Program-made: the position numbers and the translations under genes
Source: Octopus vulgaris
Taxonomy: Eukaryota
DNA: 64,000 nucleotides
Direction: 5' to 3'
NCBI GenBank assembly: GCA_951406725.2
Contig: OX597821.1
Span: 1,488,001 to 1,552,000, forward strand
In this document: in pieces, positions 26,488 through 40,209 of the stretch
How the letters are laid out: each line of letters starts with the position of its first letter
How positions within the stretch are numbered: the first letter of the stretch is position 1
Notes under the pieces: model-generated
Told to the model about the DNA's origin: nothing
Database searches by the model: none
The model's input: only the letters and a program-made list of their open reading frames with translations

Positions 26488-26769
26488 TATAATATATATT
26501 CATATAAATACACGAAAAGAGAATAACTACACAAACTTACAGAATATTCATGTATACGAAAATCTTAAACGTATAAAATTTTTATAAGAAATAACAAATA
26601 AAACAGTTTGAGCGCATATCTACAAAAGTACGTCCGTATATAGATTTATGTATATGTTTATAAATACATCCAATATGTATTTGTATATTAACACATATCT
26701 ACATGCATATGTGGATATATGTAAATTTGTACGCCCCGCCTCATATATATATATATATATATATACATG

Positions 26770-26980
26770 TATTTTTTATTGCCCACAGGGGGCTAAATAT
26801 AGAGGGGACAAACAAGGACAGACAACAGTGCGTACCTGGTACTTATTTAATCGATCCCGAAGGTATGATAGGCAAAGTTGACTTCGGCAGAATTTGAATT
26901 CAGAACGTAACGGCAGACGAAATACCTATTTCTTTACTACCCACAAGGGGCTAAACACAGAGGGGACAAACAAGGACAAA
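26770..26980 (-). mobile_element. Family B SINE tandem-unit fragments
   Basis: Two tails (ttattgcccac.., tttactacccac..) joined via gacgaaatacctatttc. Confidence 0.85.
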
Positions 26981-27183
26981 CTAGTACAGTCGTCGCGTGG
27001 TACCCGCGTGAGCGGAAAAGACCACCCGAAAGACCTCCACGACGGTAGAGTGACGATTTCAGGAGGACGATTGGGATCACGTGGATGAGAAAGGCGCGAT
27101 CCAGAGAGGAGTGGACAGCGTGCTGTGACCAGCGGTGTCAAATGGACGCCTGACGGACTGGTCGGTCAAAGTGATAAAGTGAA

Positions 27184-27187
<4 letters not shown>
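26981..27187 (+). pseudogene. RTE-clade LINE 3' end
   Basis: [38 protein letters not shown] matches the RTE C-terminal W-P-KR-GRP-RW-D..W..A.R..W pattern; short tandem tail aaagtga. Confidence 0.8.
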
Positions 27188-27243
<56 letters not shown>

Positions 27244-27813
27244 TATGTATGTATGTATATATATGTATATATATATATATACATACATACACACACACAT
27301 ATATATATATGTATATATATACATATATATATATATACATATATATATATATCTATATATATATACATGCCCACATAGATGTGCCATATACTAATATAGA
27401 CATATATACATACAAGTGTTTGTAGGCATACATGCGTGATAATGAATTTGAAGTATGCTACACGCACACATACTCATTCACACATATAGATATATGGATA
27501 CCATATATGTATAGCGGCATACGTAACTATTTCAAAAAGACTATAATTGATACGAAAATAATTTTCCTTATCTGACTCCTGTGTTTGAGATCGCAGTCTT
27601 TAAGGTCTTACATACATTTTCATCAGCAGTGAAAAAAAAATCCTTTTCTAATATTACATTTATAATTTACATTTGCATTGAGCTGTGTGTTTTTCGTAAA
27701 ACTAACCAACGATAGTACAAACACAAATAGAAGCTAATATATAATGCACTAACTTATAGTTGGTGAATAAACATATATGAATTAACCTTATAAGGCAGTT
27801 TTCTTATCTAAGC

Positions 27814-27851
<38 letters not shown>

Positions 27852-27859
27852 TTGCGCCT

Positions 27860-28238
27860 CCACGTGGTTAGGCCCAGTGGTTAGGGCAGCGGACTCGCGG
27901 TCATAGGATCGCGGTTTCGATTCCCAGACCGGGCGTTGTGAGTGTTTATTGAGCGAAAACACCTAAAGCTCCACGAGCTCCGGCAGGGGATGTTGGTGAT
28001 CCCTGCTGTACTCTTTCACCACAACATTCTCTCACTCTTACTTCGTGTTTCTGTTGTACCTGTATTTCAAAGGGCCGGCCTTGTCACTCTCTGTGTCACG
28101 CTGAATATCCCCGAGAACTACGTTAAGGGTACACGTGTCTGTGGAGTGCTCAGCCACTTACACGTTAATTTCACGAGCAGGCTGTTCCGTTGATTCGGAT
28201 CAACCGGAACCCTCGTCGTCGTAACCGACGGAGTGCTT
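27860..28238 (+). mobile_element. Family C SINE, near full length
   Basis: A and B boxes (cagtggttagg, gtttcgattcc) and a full tail to gtaaccgacggagtgc. Confidence 0.9.
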
Positions 28239-28239
28239 C

Positions 28240-28312
<73 letters not shown>

Positions 28313-28315
<3 letters not shown>

Positions 28316-29598
28316 ATCATTAACATCATTTGATGTCCTTTTTTTCCATGCTGGTATGGGTTGGGCGGTTTGACTGAAAGTTGCTAAGCTGAAGAACTGC
28401 ACCAGATTTCAGTCTGATTTGTCATGGTCTCTACACCTGGATGCCTTCCGGGTGCATTTTACATACCATCAGCACAGGTGATAGTTCTGCGACACTGGCA
28501 TCGGTCACGACCACAATTTACCGTTCTTCTCTAGCACAGCATATCGCCCAACGTTCGAAAGGTGCTTTGTGCTTTTTTGTCGAAGGTTGTTTTTTGTCAC
28601 CGGCACGAGTGCCAGTTACTCGACATTGACATTGGCCACGATTGCGATTTCACTTGACGTGTTTCCTCAAGCTCGGCATATCGCCGACGGTCTCGGCCAT
28701 TTATCATTGCCTGCATGAAGCCCAACGTTCGAAGATCATGCTTCACCACCTCGTTCCATATCTTCCTGGGTCTACCTCTTCCTCATGTTTCCTCCACCAT
28801 TCTCTAATGGTGGAGGAAACATGAGGAAGAGGTAGACCCAGGAAGATATGGAACAAGGTGGTGAAGCATGATCTTCGAACGTTGAACTTCATGCAGGCAA
28901 TGATAAATGGCCGAGACCGTCGGCGATATGCCGAGATTGAGCAAACACGTCAAGTGAAATCGCAATCGTGGCCAATGTCAGTGTCGAGTAACTGGCACTC
29001 GTGCCGGTGACAAAAAACAACCTTCGACAAAAAAGCACAAAGCACCTTTCGAACGTTGGGCGATATGCTGTGCTAGAGAAGAACGGTAAATTGTGGTCGT
29101 GACCGATGCCAGTGTCGCAGAACTGTCACCTGTGCTGATGGTATGTAAAATGCACCCGGAAGGCATCCAGGTGTAGAGACCATGACAAATCAGACTGAAA
29201 TCTGGGCAATTCTTCACACAGATATCTACCCCCTTATGCATCACATGACTATACCAGCGCAGTCGTTTCTCTTGCACACCACATCTGATGCCTCTTGTAC
29301 TCAACTTTTCTCTCATGCACACTGATATTTCCCAGCCAGCGAAGCATGCTAGCTTTCAAGCCTTCGCATGTCTTCGGTGTTCACATCACATGTTTCACAG
29401 CCGTGTAGCATGACTGTTCGGACACAGGCATCATACAATCTGCTTTCACTCTGAGGGAGAGGCCTTTGTAACCAACAGAGGTAGGAGCTTTCTGAACTAT
29501 GCCCAGCATATTCATATTCTAGCAGGAACGCTTTCAGAACACCCACCTTCGTTACTGAATTGGTCACCTTGGTTACGGAAGCTATCAACTACTTCTAA
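28313..29598 (-). mobile_element. RTE-clade LINE 3' fragment containing a 400-bp inverted duplication
   Basis: RLYDACVRTVMLHGCET, QEKRLRWYSHVMH, GRGRPRKIW; 3' tail gatg repeats; arms 28402-28801 and 28806-29205 with a 4-nt loop. Confidence 0.88.
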
Positions 29599-29799
29599 GT
29601 ATGTATGTATGTATGTATGTATATTTGTGTATACTACATATATACATATACGTTTATAGATACATACATATACATGCGCGCGCGCATACACACATATCAT
29701 GATCCGTAACAACCAAAACAAATGAGGTGTCAAGGTATCTATATAAGTATGTATATTTGTGTATACTACATATATATGTGTATATATATATATATATCT

Positions 29800-30058
29800 C
29801 CCCTATTTTCGCTCTTGCGTCTCACATTTGATCTCTGACTTCTGGCCAGAATCAGATCGCCATGTTGAATCGCTAGCTTCTGCACGCATTTTTTTTCTCT
29901 CCTTGTTTCTTTTCTGTGTATCTTTCTGTTGAAGAGCGTAGGCTCGAAACGTAAAAGACTTGTTTTATTTATATTCCTGAGCGCCATACTAATACAATTG
30001 TTTGTTTGTACTCCACCTGCCTTCGTCTTTTGTTTATTTTCATAAAGCTTCCTGTTAT
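29800..30058 (+). mobile_element. Family D element with a variant hammerhead, flanked by (TA)n
   Basis: TCTTT CTGTTGA a GAGC gtag GCTC GAAA CG TA AAAGA at 29921-29958. Confidence 0.7.
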
Positions 30059-30061
30059 CTA

Positions 30062-30103
<42 letters not shown>

Positions 30104-31146
30104 TATACATATATGAAAAATATTAATTAAATTTATTAAATATCTGTAGAAACTGCCAACACAACACAACTGTAGAAGCGAACTGATGCAATGTTCGACC
30201 TGAAATATTAACCAAGTTATCAAACAAACTCTTTAGACCTTTTAATGTTTGTTTTCTCAATCTGTTTGCTTGTCTCTTTGTCTATTTCTCTCTGTTTCCC
30301 TATCTTACTGAATATACTCTATAATGCATTTTCGGTGCAATAATTCTTTCGTAATAATTCTATTTATCTATTTCCAATCGAGCGCTTGCAATATTAGAAC
30401 TTTCTGGGCGTTTTTATTAACATTTTATTACATTTTCTCGGATGAACCTTTTAAATAACAACACCTTTCAAACTTAGTCCGTTTCTTTCGTTTCTTAATG
30501 AAGTGATATAAATATGTGTTCGTTTTCAATTTATCTTTCATTGTTTCCGGTCTTCAAATGCATGATGTGATTGCATATATGCTGAACGATGACCACACAA
30601 CAAGGAAGTCAGCAAGAGCTATCTAGCACAGGTACATAATACAGGCGGCCGTTGACAATCAAGAGACCCATAAAATGGTAACCGATTTCATATATATATT
30701 TCCACTACTTCATTTGTATAATTATCCTGGAGATATTCTCCTCAATACAATGCATTTGTAGTGAGACATGTTAGCGCTATTTTGTTCTTGCGGCATAACA
30801 CGTTTGTGCTATACCCTCTTCATCCATTTACTGCTAGCTGCGGAAGGATACATGAAGCAGCTTCTGCCTAGCAGTGAAGCGCACGTTTTTCAAAGGGAAA
30901 AAGACCAGTTGCCGTTGTACCGCCGACACGAAAACACCTAGTTGCTGTTGGTAATTCAAGTTGGCAAGATGTAATCTCCGATTTTTCGGCGAGATTCTAA
31001 CCCGCTTTGCATTGCCACCCATTGGATTTGTTGTATATACTTACAAAATTAACTAACTTGTACGTTATTAGAAATTAACTTATATCTCACTACACGCTGT
31101 TTAACTTGAACCTTTAATTACCAGAGGATATGCTTTCCTTCTGTCG

Positions 31147-31445
31147 AGGCACATAGCCTAGTAGTTAGAGCAGCAGACTCGCGGTGGAGGGATCGCGGGT
31201 TCGAATCTCAGACCGGGCGATGCGTGTGTTTATGAACGAAACACCTAAGCTCCACGCGGCTCCGGCAGAAGGTAACCGCGAACATCTGCTGACTCTTCCA
31301 CCACAACTTTCTCCCACTCTTTCCCCCTGCATCTTGCAGCTCACATGCGACGGACCGGCGTCCCGTCCAGGTGGGGAACCTATACACCAAGGAAACCGGG
31401 AAACCGGCCCTTATGAGCAAGGCTTGACTCGAGAAGGAACACACA
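31147..31445 (+). mobile_element. SINE with a family C head and a different, V-SINE-like tail
   Basis: Head as at 27860; tail tgcgacggaccggcgtcccgtccagg...ggaaaccgggaaaccggccc. Confidence 0.8.
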
Positions 31446-31709
31446 ATGCTTTCCTTCTACTACATGTGTGAACTACCATTCAAGCAATAAATTGTTATAT
31501 TTGATGTAAGGAAAGAAACATGCCTTCTTATATTATTTTACATCCACATAAATACATACATTTGAAACCGTCTTACACCCACACAATTCCTATTCTTCCT
31601 AAAAATTATATTTAATAAATCTTATTTATATTTCATCACATCAGGTTAAATTCCATTTTGCTATCACTTCCGTTTTACTCTTGCTGCTGTTAATATTTTT
31701 ACAATGCAA

Positions 31710-32365
31710 AGGTGGAGAGCTGGGCAGATTCGTTTGGATGCTGAGACACAATCATCAACGTGCTTGGCACAATCGTCAGCACACCGGGTACAATCATTAG
31801 CACACCGGTCAGGCTCAATCGTTATAACGCCGGCCACATTAGCACGCCGAGCAAATGCTTAGCGGCATTTCATCCGTCTTTACAGTTTGAGTTCAAATTT
31901 TTCCAAGGTCGACTTGTTTTTTCATCCTATCGGGGGTCGAGAAACAAAGCACCAGTTGAGTACTGGGGTTGATGTAATCGACTGACCCCCCCCCTCACCC
32001 GAAATTTCGGGCCTTGTCCCAAAATTTGAAACCAATATTTTTACAATGTATATGCAAAGGAATCTACGTTAGAGCACTAATTTGCTTTCCGAAGATACAC
32101 CAAAGTTACATTTTGTATTCTCCCAAAGAATCTACAATATACTATCAACATTTCACTGGAATTAATCTTTGCGGGGGTGCGAAGCAGTGAGCTGGAAGAA
32201 TCGTTAGCACGCCGGACAAAATACCTAGCGACATTCCGCCCAGGAAGACTTCGCTTTTCACGAATTTCGGGTCGAGAAAATAAGGACCAGTTGAGCTGCG
32301 GGGTTGATGTAATCGACTGACCCCCATCCCCGTAATTGCAGACTTAGTGTCAAAATTCGAAATCA
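31710..32365 (+). mobile_element. Two family B SINEs (31710-32035, 32185-32365); the first has a tandemly multiplied head segment
   Basis: aatcgtcagcacaccgg-like ~21-bp repeats at 31745-31850. Confidence 0.8.
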
Positions 32366-32919
32366 ATCTATGTGATGGTGTAGAAAATGTTTATCACGAA
32401 TTCATGAAATAAGCGTCAGGAAAACTGTTATGGTTTGCTTAGGTGACTAGTGTGTATAACCAGAGCTATTTCTCTAAAGGAACATTGCCAACGCTTGCGC
32501 CAAGACGAGGGAGCGTTTCGTGTGAGAGAAGCCCATAGCTAGTCAAGACTGGATGCATTCCTACACACCCATATCTAAGTGACAGCAGTTCAGTTTGGAC
32601 ACACCTCTGTGGATATTTCCAGGCAGATTTGAATTCTATTGTTCTTTGATAACTCTTAGAAATCACGTGGTATAGAAATTTACAAAATCCAGGCTATTTT
32701 ATCAGTGTTGTTTTTGTTAGCAGTAGTGGTGGTGGTCGCGGTGATGTTGATCCTAATGATTTTGGCGATTTTGGTGCTGGTCGCGATTCTGCTGACAGCA
32801 ACGACGACAATGAAGGTGGCGGTAATAGGAACTATGATGATGACGACGACGATGATGAGGAGGAGGATGAAGTTGATGACGATGATGATGATGGAGTTGG
32901 TGGTAATAATAATGGAGAT

Positions 32920-33390
<471 letters not shown>

Positions 33391-33709
33391 AGTAAGGTGA
33401 TAATGACAACGACGACGATGATAATGATCATGATGATCATGATGATGATGTTGATAGTGACATAGAGAGCGCGGGTGCAGACAATGGCGGTATCGATAGT
33501 GTGATCTGTATGTATATGCGGTGGTGCGGTTTATGTCGGTCGTGGAATCGATATCGGCGATGCATTCTTGCTTCATTTATTGGAATCGTGGTTTTAATTG
33601 ATGGATGCTGGTGACGAAGCCACGACAATGATATTTGTATTTAAACGGTCCGAATAAACGGAACTGACTCGTCCAAACAAACACGTTTTCTATTCTTCTT
33701 CACAGCCTA

Positions 33710-33748
<39 letters not shown>

Positions 33749-33749
33749 C

Positions 33750-34680
33750 TGTCTCTCTGTCTCTCTTTCTCTCTTTCTCTTTCTCTCTCCATCTCTTTCT
33801 CTTTCTTTCACAAAAACACACGCACTCACATTTTCTTTCTCATATACACAAAACACAAAGACGCTATGTTAGTCTTTGACCTGCCAAACCTTCTCTTATC
33901 CTGTTGCTGTAAACCCTAACACGTTTCTCCCTTCTTTTCTCTCACTCGCTTACTCTTCTCTCTCTCCCTGCTTCTCCCTTACTCTCTTTTTCTTCTTTCT
34001 CTCTCTTTCTCTCCTTTTTCTTATCTTCCAGTCTGCGTTCCTCTCTCTTCCCCTTCTCTCTCTGCCTTTCTGTCTCTCTCTTCTTTCTCTCTCTCTCTCT
34101 TTCTCTCCCTTCTCTCTCTCTACCCCTCCTTTCTCTCTCTCCATTCTCTCTCTCTCCCTTTTTCCTCCCTCTCTCCCTTCTCTCTCTCTCTCTTCTTTTC
34201 TCACTATCTTTCTCTCTCTCTTTCCCTTCTTTTTCTCTCCCTCCCTTCTTCTCTCCCTCCCTTCTTCTCTCTCTATCTCCCTTCCTTTCTCTCTATCTTT
34301 CCTTCTCTCTCTCTCACTCGTCTCTCTCCTTTCTCCTCTCTCTCACTCGTCTCTCTCTTACACACACCTTGTTTTCACCTCTGTCCATTCATCCTTCATA
34401 CTCTTTTAACGCTTACTATTACGGATTTATCTCTGACTCCTTCTCTCTCACACCTTATCTCTCTCCTTTTCCATTTCTTCTTCCTCATTCCGTCTCTCTC
34501 TCCTCCCCTCTTCTCCCCTCTCTTAAACTCTCATACACACTCTATGCACACACTATCCCTCTGTGTCTATCCCTCAACACGTTATTGCTTTGTCCGATCA
34601 CAATCATCCATTTTCGCCTTGTAACCTCTGACCCTTAATACTCTTACTTTCCTTATCTCTTCCCCTCTTTTCCTCTTGCT
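33750..34680. repeat. ~0.9-kb polypyrimidine/polypurine low-complexity tract
   Basis: Almost exclusively C/T on the + strand. Confidence 0.95.
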
Positions 34681-35759
34681 TTATCGCAACCATTCGTCAG
34701 CAATCTATCATTTTTAAATCTCTTACCCCTGAACACCCATACCTACCACCTGCCATCACATTTTCCGACCATTATTCACCGATCGTGTCCGGCCGGCTCA
34801 TGCACCTTGTTCACACGAAACCATTCCAACGCTGATTTTTCTTAGATATCAATTCTATCAGATAACAATTGCTCTCAATGTATAACAAGAGATTGAAGCG
34901 GGTTCTATTTTCTACGTAACATCATGTCAAGGATTTCGTGAACAACAGCGTTGTTATTTACAGTTTTCCAACATGACCAATCATTGTTTCGTTGAGTTTT
35001 TAACGACGGAAATGATACGAGGTCGTCTTTGCCAATGATAGCCTCCGTCATTGCGATAATATACAGTTCGCATACATAAATATATGTGTTCCTATACATA
35101 TACAAAATGATCGCTCCATATTCACAGTTCCTTTCCGTCTCCTTGTGTTTCCTCATTGTCAATAGTATTTCTGACTTTCCATCCATAACCTCTCGTTGCA
35201 GATCTGTTTGATTTTGAAGCGTAAGTGACAAACGAAATTGTCACTCGGTGCGCACCTCCAACAGTTTTAGTCGACACAAGTCGACACTCTTCCATCACGC
35301 TAGAACGTTCAGCAGATGGAGTGACAAATGCGGTTACCATAAAGAGACACCTATACATTATTGAATTATAGCGATAGTCACTCGTACAACACGTAGGCCG
35401 CTTTCTGTGTCTCCACGATTTAGTACCGACTGATAGGCTGGTGGTGAAGTTCTGGTTCAGAAATTCCCAGGGCTACTATGACCAGGAGTAGTAGCACCTA
35501 TAAGGGTCCAAGCAGTGGGATTAAAATGCATATGTGATAATGATATTCCAGCTGAGCGCGGGGACGTAGCAATACACTTGGTTATCGTCAGTGCGTGCAG
35601 TAAAACCACTGAGAGTGAGGGACGCAGCAACTTTCAGGGAAAGGAACATTATTATGTAAATATTAAAACATACATACCAACATAAATACACACGCAAACA
35701 CACACAAATACATACACATATATATACACACACAAATATATGCATATATATATATATAT

Positions 35760-36180
35760 GCAGGAGTGGCTGTGTGGTAACTAGCTTGCTTACTAACCAC
35801 ATGGTTCCGGATTCAGTCCCACTGCGTGGCACCTTGAGCAAATGTTTTTTTCTATAGCCTCGGGCCGACGAAAGCCTTGTGAGTGGATTTGGTAGACGGA
35901 AACTGTATGTATATATATATATATGTATGTGTGTATATATGTTTGTGTGTCTGAGTTTGTGTGTCTGTGTTTGTCACCCCAACATCACTTCACAACTGAT
36001 GCTGGTGTGTTTACGTCCCCATAACTTAGCGGTTCGGAAAAAAAGAGACCTATAGAATAAGTACTACAAAGAATAAGGCTTACAAAGAATAAGTCCTAGG
36101 GTCGATTTGCCCGACTAAAAAGGCGGTGCTCCAGCATGGCCGCAGTCAAATGACTGAAACAAGTAAAAGAGTAAAAGAAT
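35760..36180 (+). mobile_element. Family A SINE
   Basis: Complete structure. Confidence 0.92.
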
Positions 36181-36733
36181 ATAAAGAGGTAATGATACTC
36201 GACATTTCGTGTCGAAGTCTCGTGTCGAGGTGTCATTAATCATGTTCTTTATAAACAAAATATTAACGTATCACTTAACCAAAAAAAAAGAAACAAAAGC
36301 CGGTAATTTGTTTGAAAAAAATATTTAACTTAGTTGATTGTGTTTGGGTTAAAACAAAACTCAACATTTTCCTTTTCCAGATGTGAGATGTTCTTCAATG
36401 TGTCAAAGATGTCGGGTTCGATTTCCGAATGTCACTACTTTACATCCGCTCTTAAACTTAATCTGTCATTTGGATCGCTCCACGTCGCTTCTCATTGATG
36501 AGTCAGGTTCACATCGGTTGTCCGTTCTTTCTTTTAGCAATATCATGAAATTATTTCCGACCCAGTTGATAAGACAGACAGAAAATACGTCAGCTCAAAC
36601 GCGCAATCATACGCGCGCGCTAACACAGGGACACAGACACAAACACACACTCACACACACACACACAAACACACACGCACAAGAAAAATATAACACATAC
36701 ATGTTTTTCCATACGTACTTAAGCACAAACAAA

Positions 36734-36769
<36 letters not shown>

Positions 36770-36814
36770 TAATCAGAAAAATACAGACACATGACTACAT
36801 TCTTTTATTCCTAT

Positions 36815-37108
36815 ATTCTTTTACTTGTTTCAGTCATTTGACTGTGGCCATGCTGGAGCAGCGCCTTTATTCGCACAAACAGTCTCGAGTACTTATTCTT
36901 TGTAAGCCTAGAACTTATTCTATCGGTGTCTTTTGCTGTACCACTACGCTACGGGGATGTAAACACACTAGCATCGGTTGTCAAGCGCTGGTGGAGGGCG
37001 GGAACACAGACACACAAATACACACATATATATGTATATGTATTTATACGAAGGGCTTCTTTCAGTTTCCGTCTACAAAATTCAGTCACAAGGCTTTGGT
37101 CGGCCAAA
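36815..37108 (-). mobile_element. Family A SINE, 5'-truncated
   Basis: Reverse complement of the tail and mid region. Confidence 0.88.
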
Positions 37109-37267
37109 GGCTAGATATGCATGAGAATACATACATAAAGCAAAGCATACAAATCTGCACATATACATACATACATACATACATACATACATACATACAT
37201 ACATACATACATACATACATACATACATACATACATACATACATACATACTTACATACATACGTACA

Positions 37268-37301
<34 letters not shown>

Positions 37302-37477
37302 CATATATACGTACATACATACATACGTACATACATACATACATACATACATACATACAAACAAAAACACCTTGTTGCTGATGTTCAAATTCCAATGAAG
37401 GAACCTTGGATCTAGGTTAGAAACCTGCTCTTTCTCTCTTGGGAAGAAATTTTGAAATAAAACTGATCATAAACATA

Positions 37478-37656
37478 GGCACAGGAGTGGCTGTGTGGTA
37501 ACTAGCTTGCTTACCAACCACATGGTGCCGGGTTCAGTCCCACTGCGTGGCACCTTGAGCAAGTGTCTTCTACTATAGCCTAGGGCCGACCAAAGCCTTG
37601 TAAGTGGATTTGGTAGATGGAAACTGAAAGAAGCCCATCGTATGTGTATACACACA

Positions 37657-37705
<49 letters not shown>

Positions 37706-37925
37706 TTATGTAAATATAATGTGACAATTATTCGGTAGCCATGATAAAACTCCGAGTTTCGGATGTCGGAGAGGAAACCCACGAATAATTGTCACATATT
37801 ATATTTACAGATAAATTCCTCTATTTACATAATATCGAGGTCTCTTTCATTCTTTTGTTGCCTTAGTATTTGTATCAATATATATATATATATATTGATA
37901 CAAATACTAAGGCAACAACAGAATA

Positions 37926-37979
<54 letters not shown>

Positions 37980-38148
37980 TGTATGTATGTATGCATATAT
38001 ATATGTATGTGTTTGTGTGTCTGTGTTTGTCCCCCACATCGCTTGACAATCGATGCTGGTGTACTTACGTCCCCGTCGCCTAGCGGTTCGGCAAGAGATC
38101 CCGATAGAATAAGTGCTAGGCTTACAAAGAATAATTCCAGGGGTCGAT
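37478..38148 (+). mobile_element. Family A SINE with a family F fold-back fragment (37705-37923) in its microsatellite
   Basis: The insert matches 26200-26320 and has two inverted repeats (37709-37734/37782-37809 and 37850-37923). Confidence 0.85.
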
Positions 38149-38619
38149 TAGGTTTATACATAATATATGCGTTGTATATGAAGTATATATATGAATATAT
38201 ATTTACACATACTGTATATATAAAATAAAGTAAAAATGTGAAATATATTTGCCAGCTAAATGTGGCGGTCTCTTAAATGGCGATGCTACTGTTGTTTTCA
38301 GCCCCTGGAGGACATCTCCTCCAGCAGGCTAACGACACCCTGTCTGTGCCCGGTCAGTATTTGCGCAGGGCAATCATCGTTCCTATCTCTAAGAAAAACA
38401 AAACATTTGGCTTCACTTGAAAAAAAAAGACTTAATTTAGAGAATATAAACGTATAGAGACTTAGTTGCCGTCCGAACCTGGTATTTAGTGATATACGAA
38501 ATTGAGCATACTTTGGACGTACCTATTACATTACGCCAGTTGACGGAAATTCCTTATATATTCTACAAACAGTATATGTATCCAGTTTCACCTATCGGTT
38601 CACCTATCGCATCCTCAGT

Positions 38620-38778
38620 TCATCGCGGATTTTTCTGGCTAATACATGTAAATTTATATCGCGGATCCCTCAGTATATCTAGGTTTCTGTGGCCGATAGG
38701 TATTTATATTTTTTTTAGGACAATTCTTTCTGTGGGAGATTTTGGAAAGTAACACCCACGATAGTCGAAGGACTACTG
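38620..38778 (-). mobile_element. Tc1/mariner (Tigger-like) MITE end
   Basis: Minus strand TA|CAGTAGTCCTTCGACTATCG..GTTACTTTCCAAAA; the same terminus occurs on + at 54940. Confidence 0.55.
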
Positions 38779-38802
38779 TATAAAAATATATACACATGTG
38801 TA

Positions 38803-38856
<54 letters not shown>

Positions 38857-38857
<1 letters not shown>

Positions 38858-39161
38858 CTTTATATATAAAATTGAAGTTGTGTGTGTGAGACTCTGTCCC
38901 CTCCGATTTAGATTCCTAACTCCTCTCACATTTTGCGGTGCAGTTTAACCAAAAGCGGGTAACTTATAGTCGTCATTCATATCGAGCCCTTCTGGGTATT
39001 AGCGCGCGTCTACGATGAGTCTACGATTTAAAAAAAATTACCATCATTTTTCCGCATTTTTAATGATTTTTGCTCGGGTTATATAAGGGAAGTAACTCTC
39101 TAAAAATGCTTATATAGTTATTTACCTTACAAACCCGAGCAACGCCGGGCGATACTGCTAG
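38857..39161 (+). mobile_element. Non-autonomous Helitron
   Basis: 5' TC, subterminal hairpin cccgagcaacgccggg, 3' CTAG, inserted between A and T; its 3' ~130 bp is shared with 49382-49742. Confidence 0.85.
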
Positions 39162-39180
39162 TATATATATATATATATAT

Positions 39181-39560
39181 CAATAATAACAAAGGGTAAA
39201 ATTAATTAATTAAGAAGTAATCAATAATTTCACCAAGTAGAATTCGGCATGAAATAGGACCATTTCACGGTAAACTTAGGTAATACTTTATAATTAGGTT
39301 CAGCAAAGATTTTCTTTACCACATACCGAAGTTTAGAAATAGCAGCCAAAATTCTTAACTATTTCTTCTACTTTAAAAGGGACTCCCAGAAAAAAAAAAT
39401 ACTTGAAAACAATCCACGCAGGCAGAGAGGATTGTTTTCAAGTATTTTGTTTTTTTCTGGGAGTCCTTTTTTAAAGTAGAAGAAATAGTTAAGAATTTTT
39501 GGCTGCTATTTCTAAACTTCGGTATTTGGTAAAGAAAATCTTTGCTGAACCCTAATTATA
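39181..39560. mobile_element. Family E fold-back element (extension 39181-39287; arms 39288-39415 and 39429-39560) flanked by (TA)n
   Basis: Inverted arms; the extension is the reverse complement of 13372-13476. Confidence 0.78.
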
Positions 39561-40209
39561 AACTATATATATATATATTCACACATACACATATATATAT
39601 ATATATATACATATATGTATCTATACGTGCACTCACACACACAAATATGATATCCATATATATTTTTATATATTTACATATATATATGCATATTCGCATA
39701 GATATATCTTATGTGTGTATGTTTGCACATATGCACACGTATTTATGCGCATGTGTTTGTGTGTGTGTATGGACATATATGATGCTGTAATCTTCAAATG
39801 CAAACATGGAATGGACTATAAACTTTCAAACGATTGTGACATAACAGCTATAACGTACGCTAAGATGCACACCTTGGTAACGACGTGTGAACTTCGATTA
39901 CTAAAAGCGTGCCATAAAAACAATGATAGTTGAGGTGCTTATGCCGCTTCACGTGTCTAATATAATTTATTTGTCAGGCAATTTCGGTTTACGAATCCAT
40001 TCCAAAACAATATTAAACACACATTGTCCGAACATATCGGTGACTTCTATCGTTTTTTATGACCCATTTGCTCTGATATCCATTTGAGTATCCCCGTGTT
40101 GGCGTTGAGGCCCCTATTGACGTATATACACTATTACGTAACTACCTAACGCCCTTCAAAAATACTTACAAACATGTTAAGGTGTATTCATATAAGTATG
40201 ATGTATGTG

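Noticed and set aside
34905-35358. Overlapping minus-strand ORFs of 108 and 78 aa
   Set aside because: No recognisable domain or splice support; lengths are compatible with chance
36381-36540. Splice-acceptor-like ttttccttttccag followed by CQRCRVRFPNVTTLHP, resembling a C2H2 finger
   Set aside because: The histidines are not in C2H2 spacing, no partner exon or donor is supported, and the ORF runs into (CA)n
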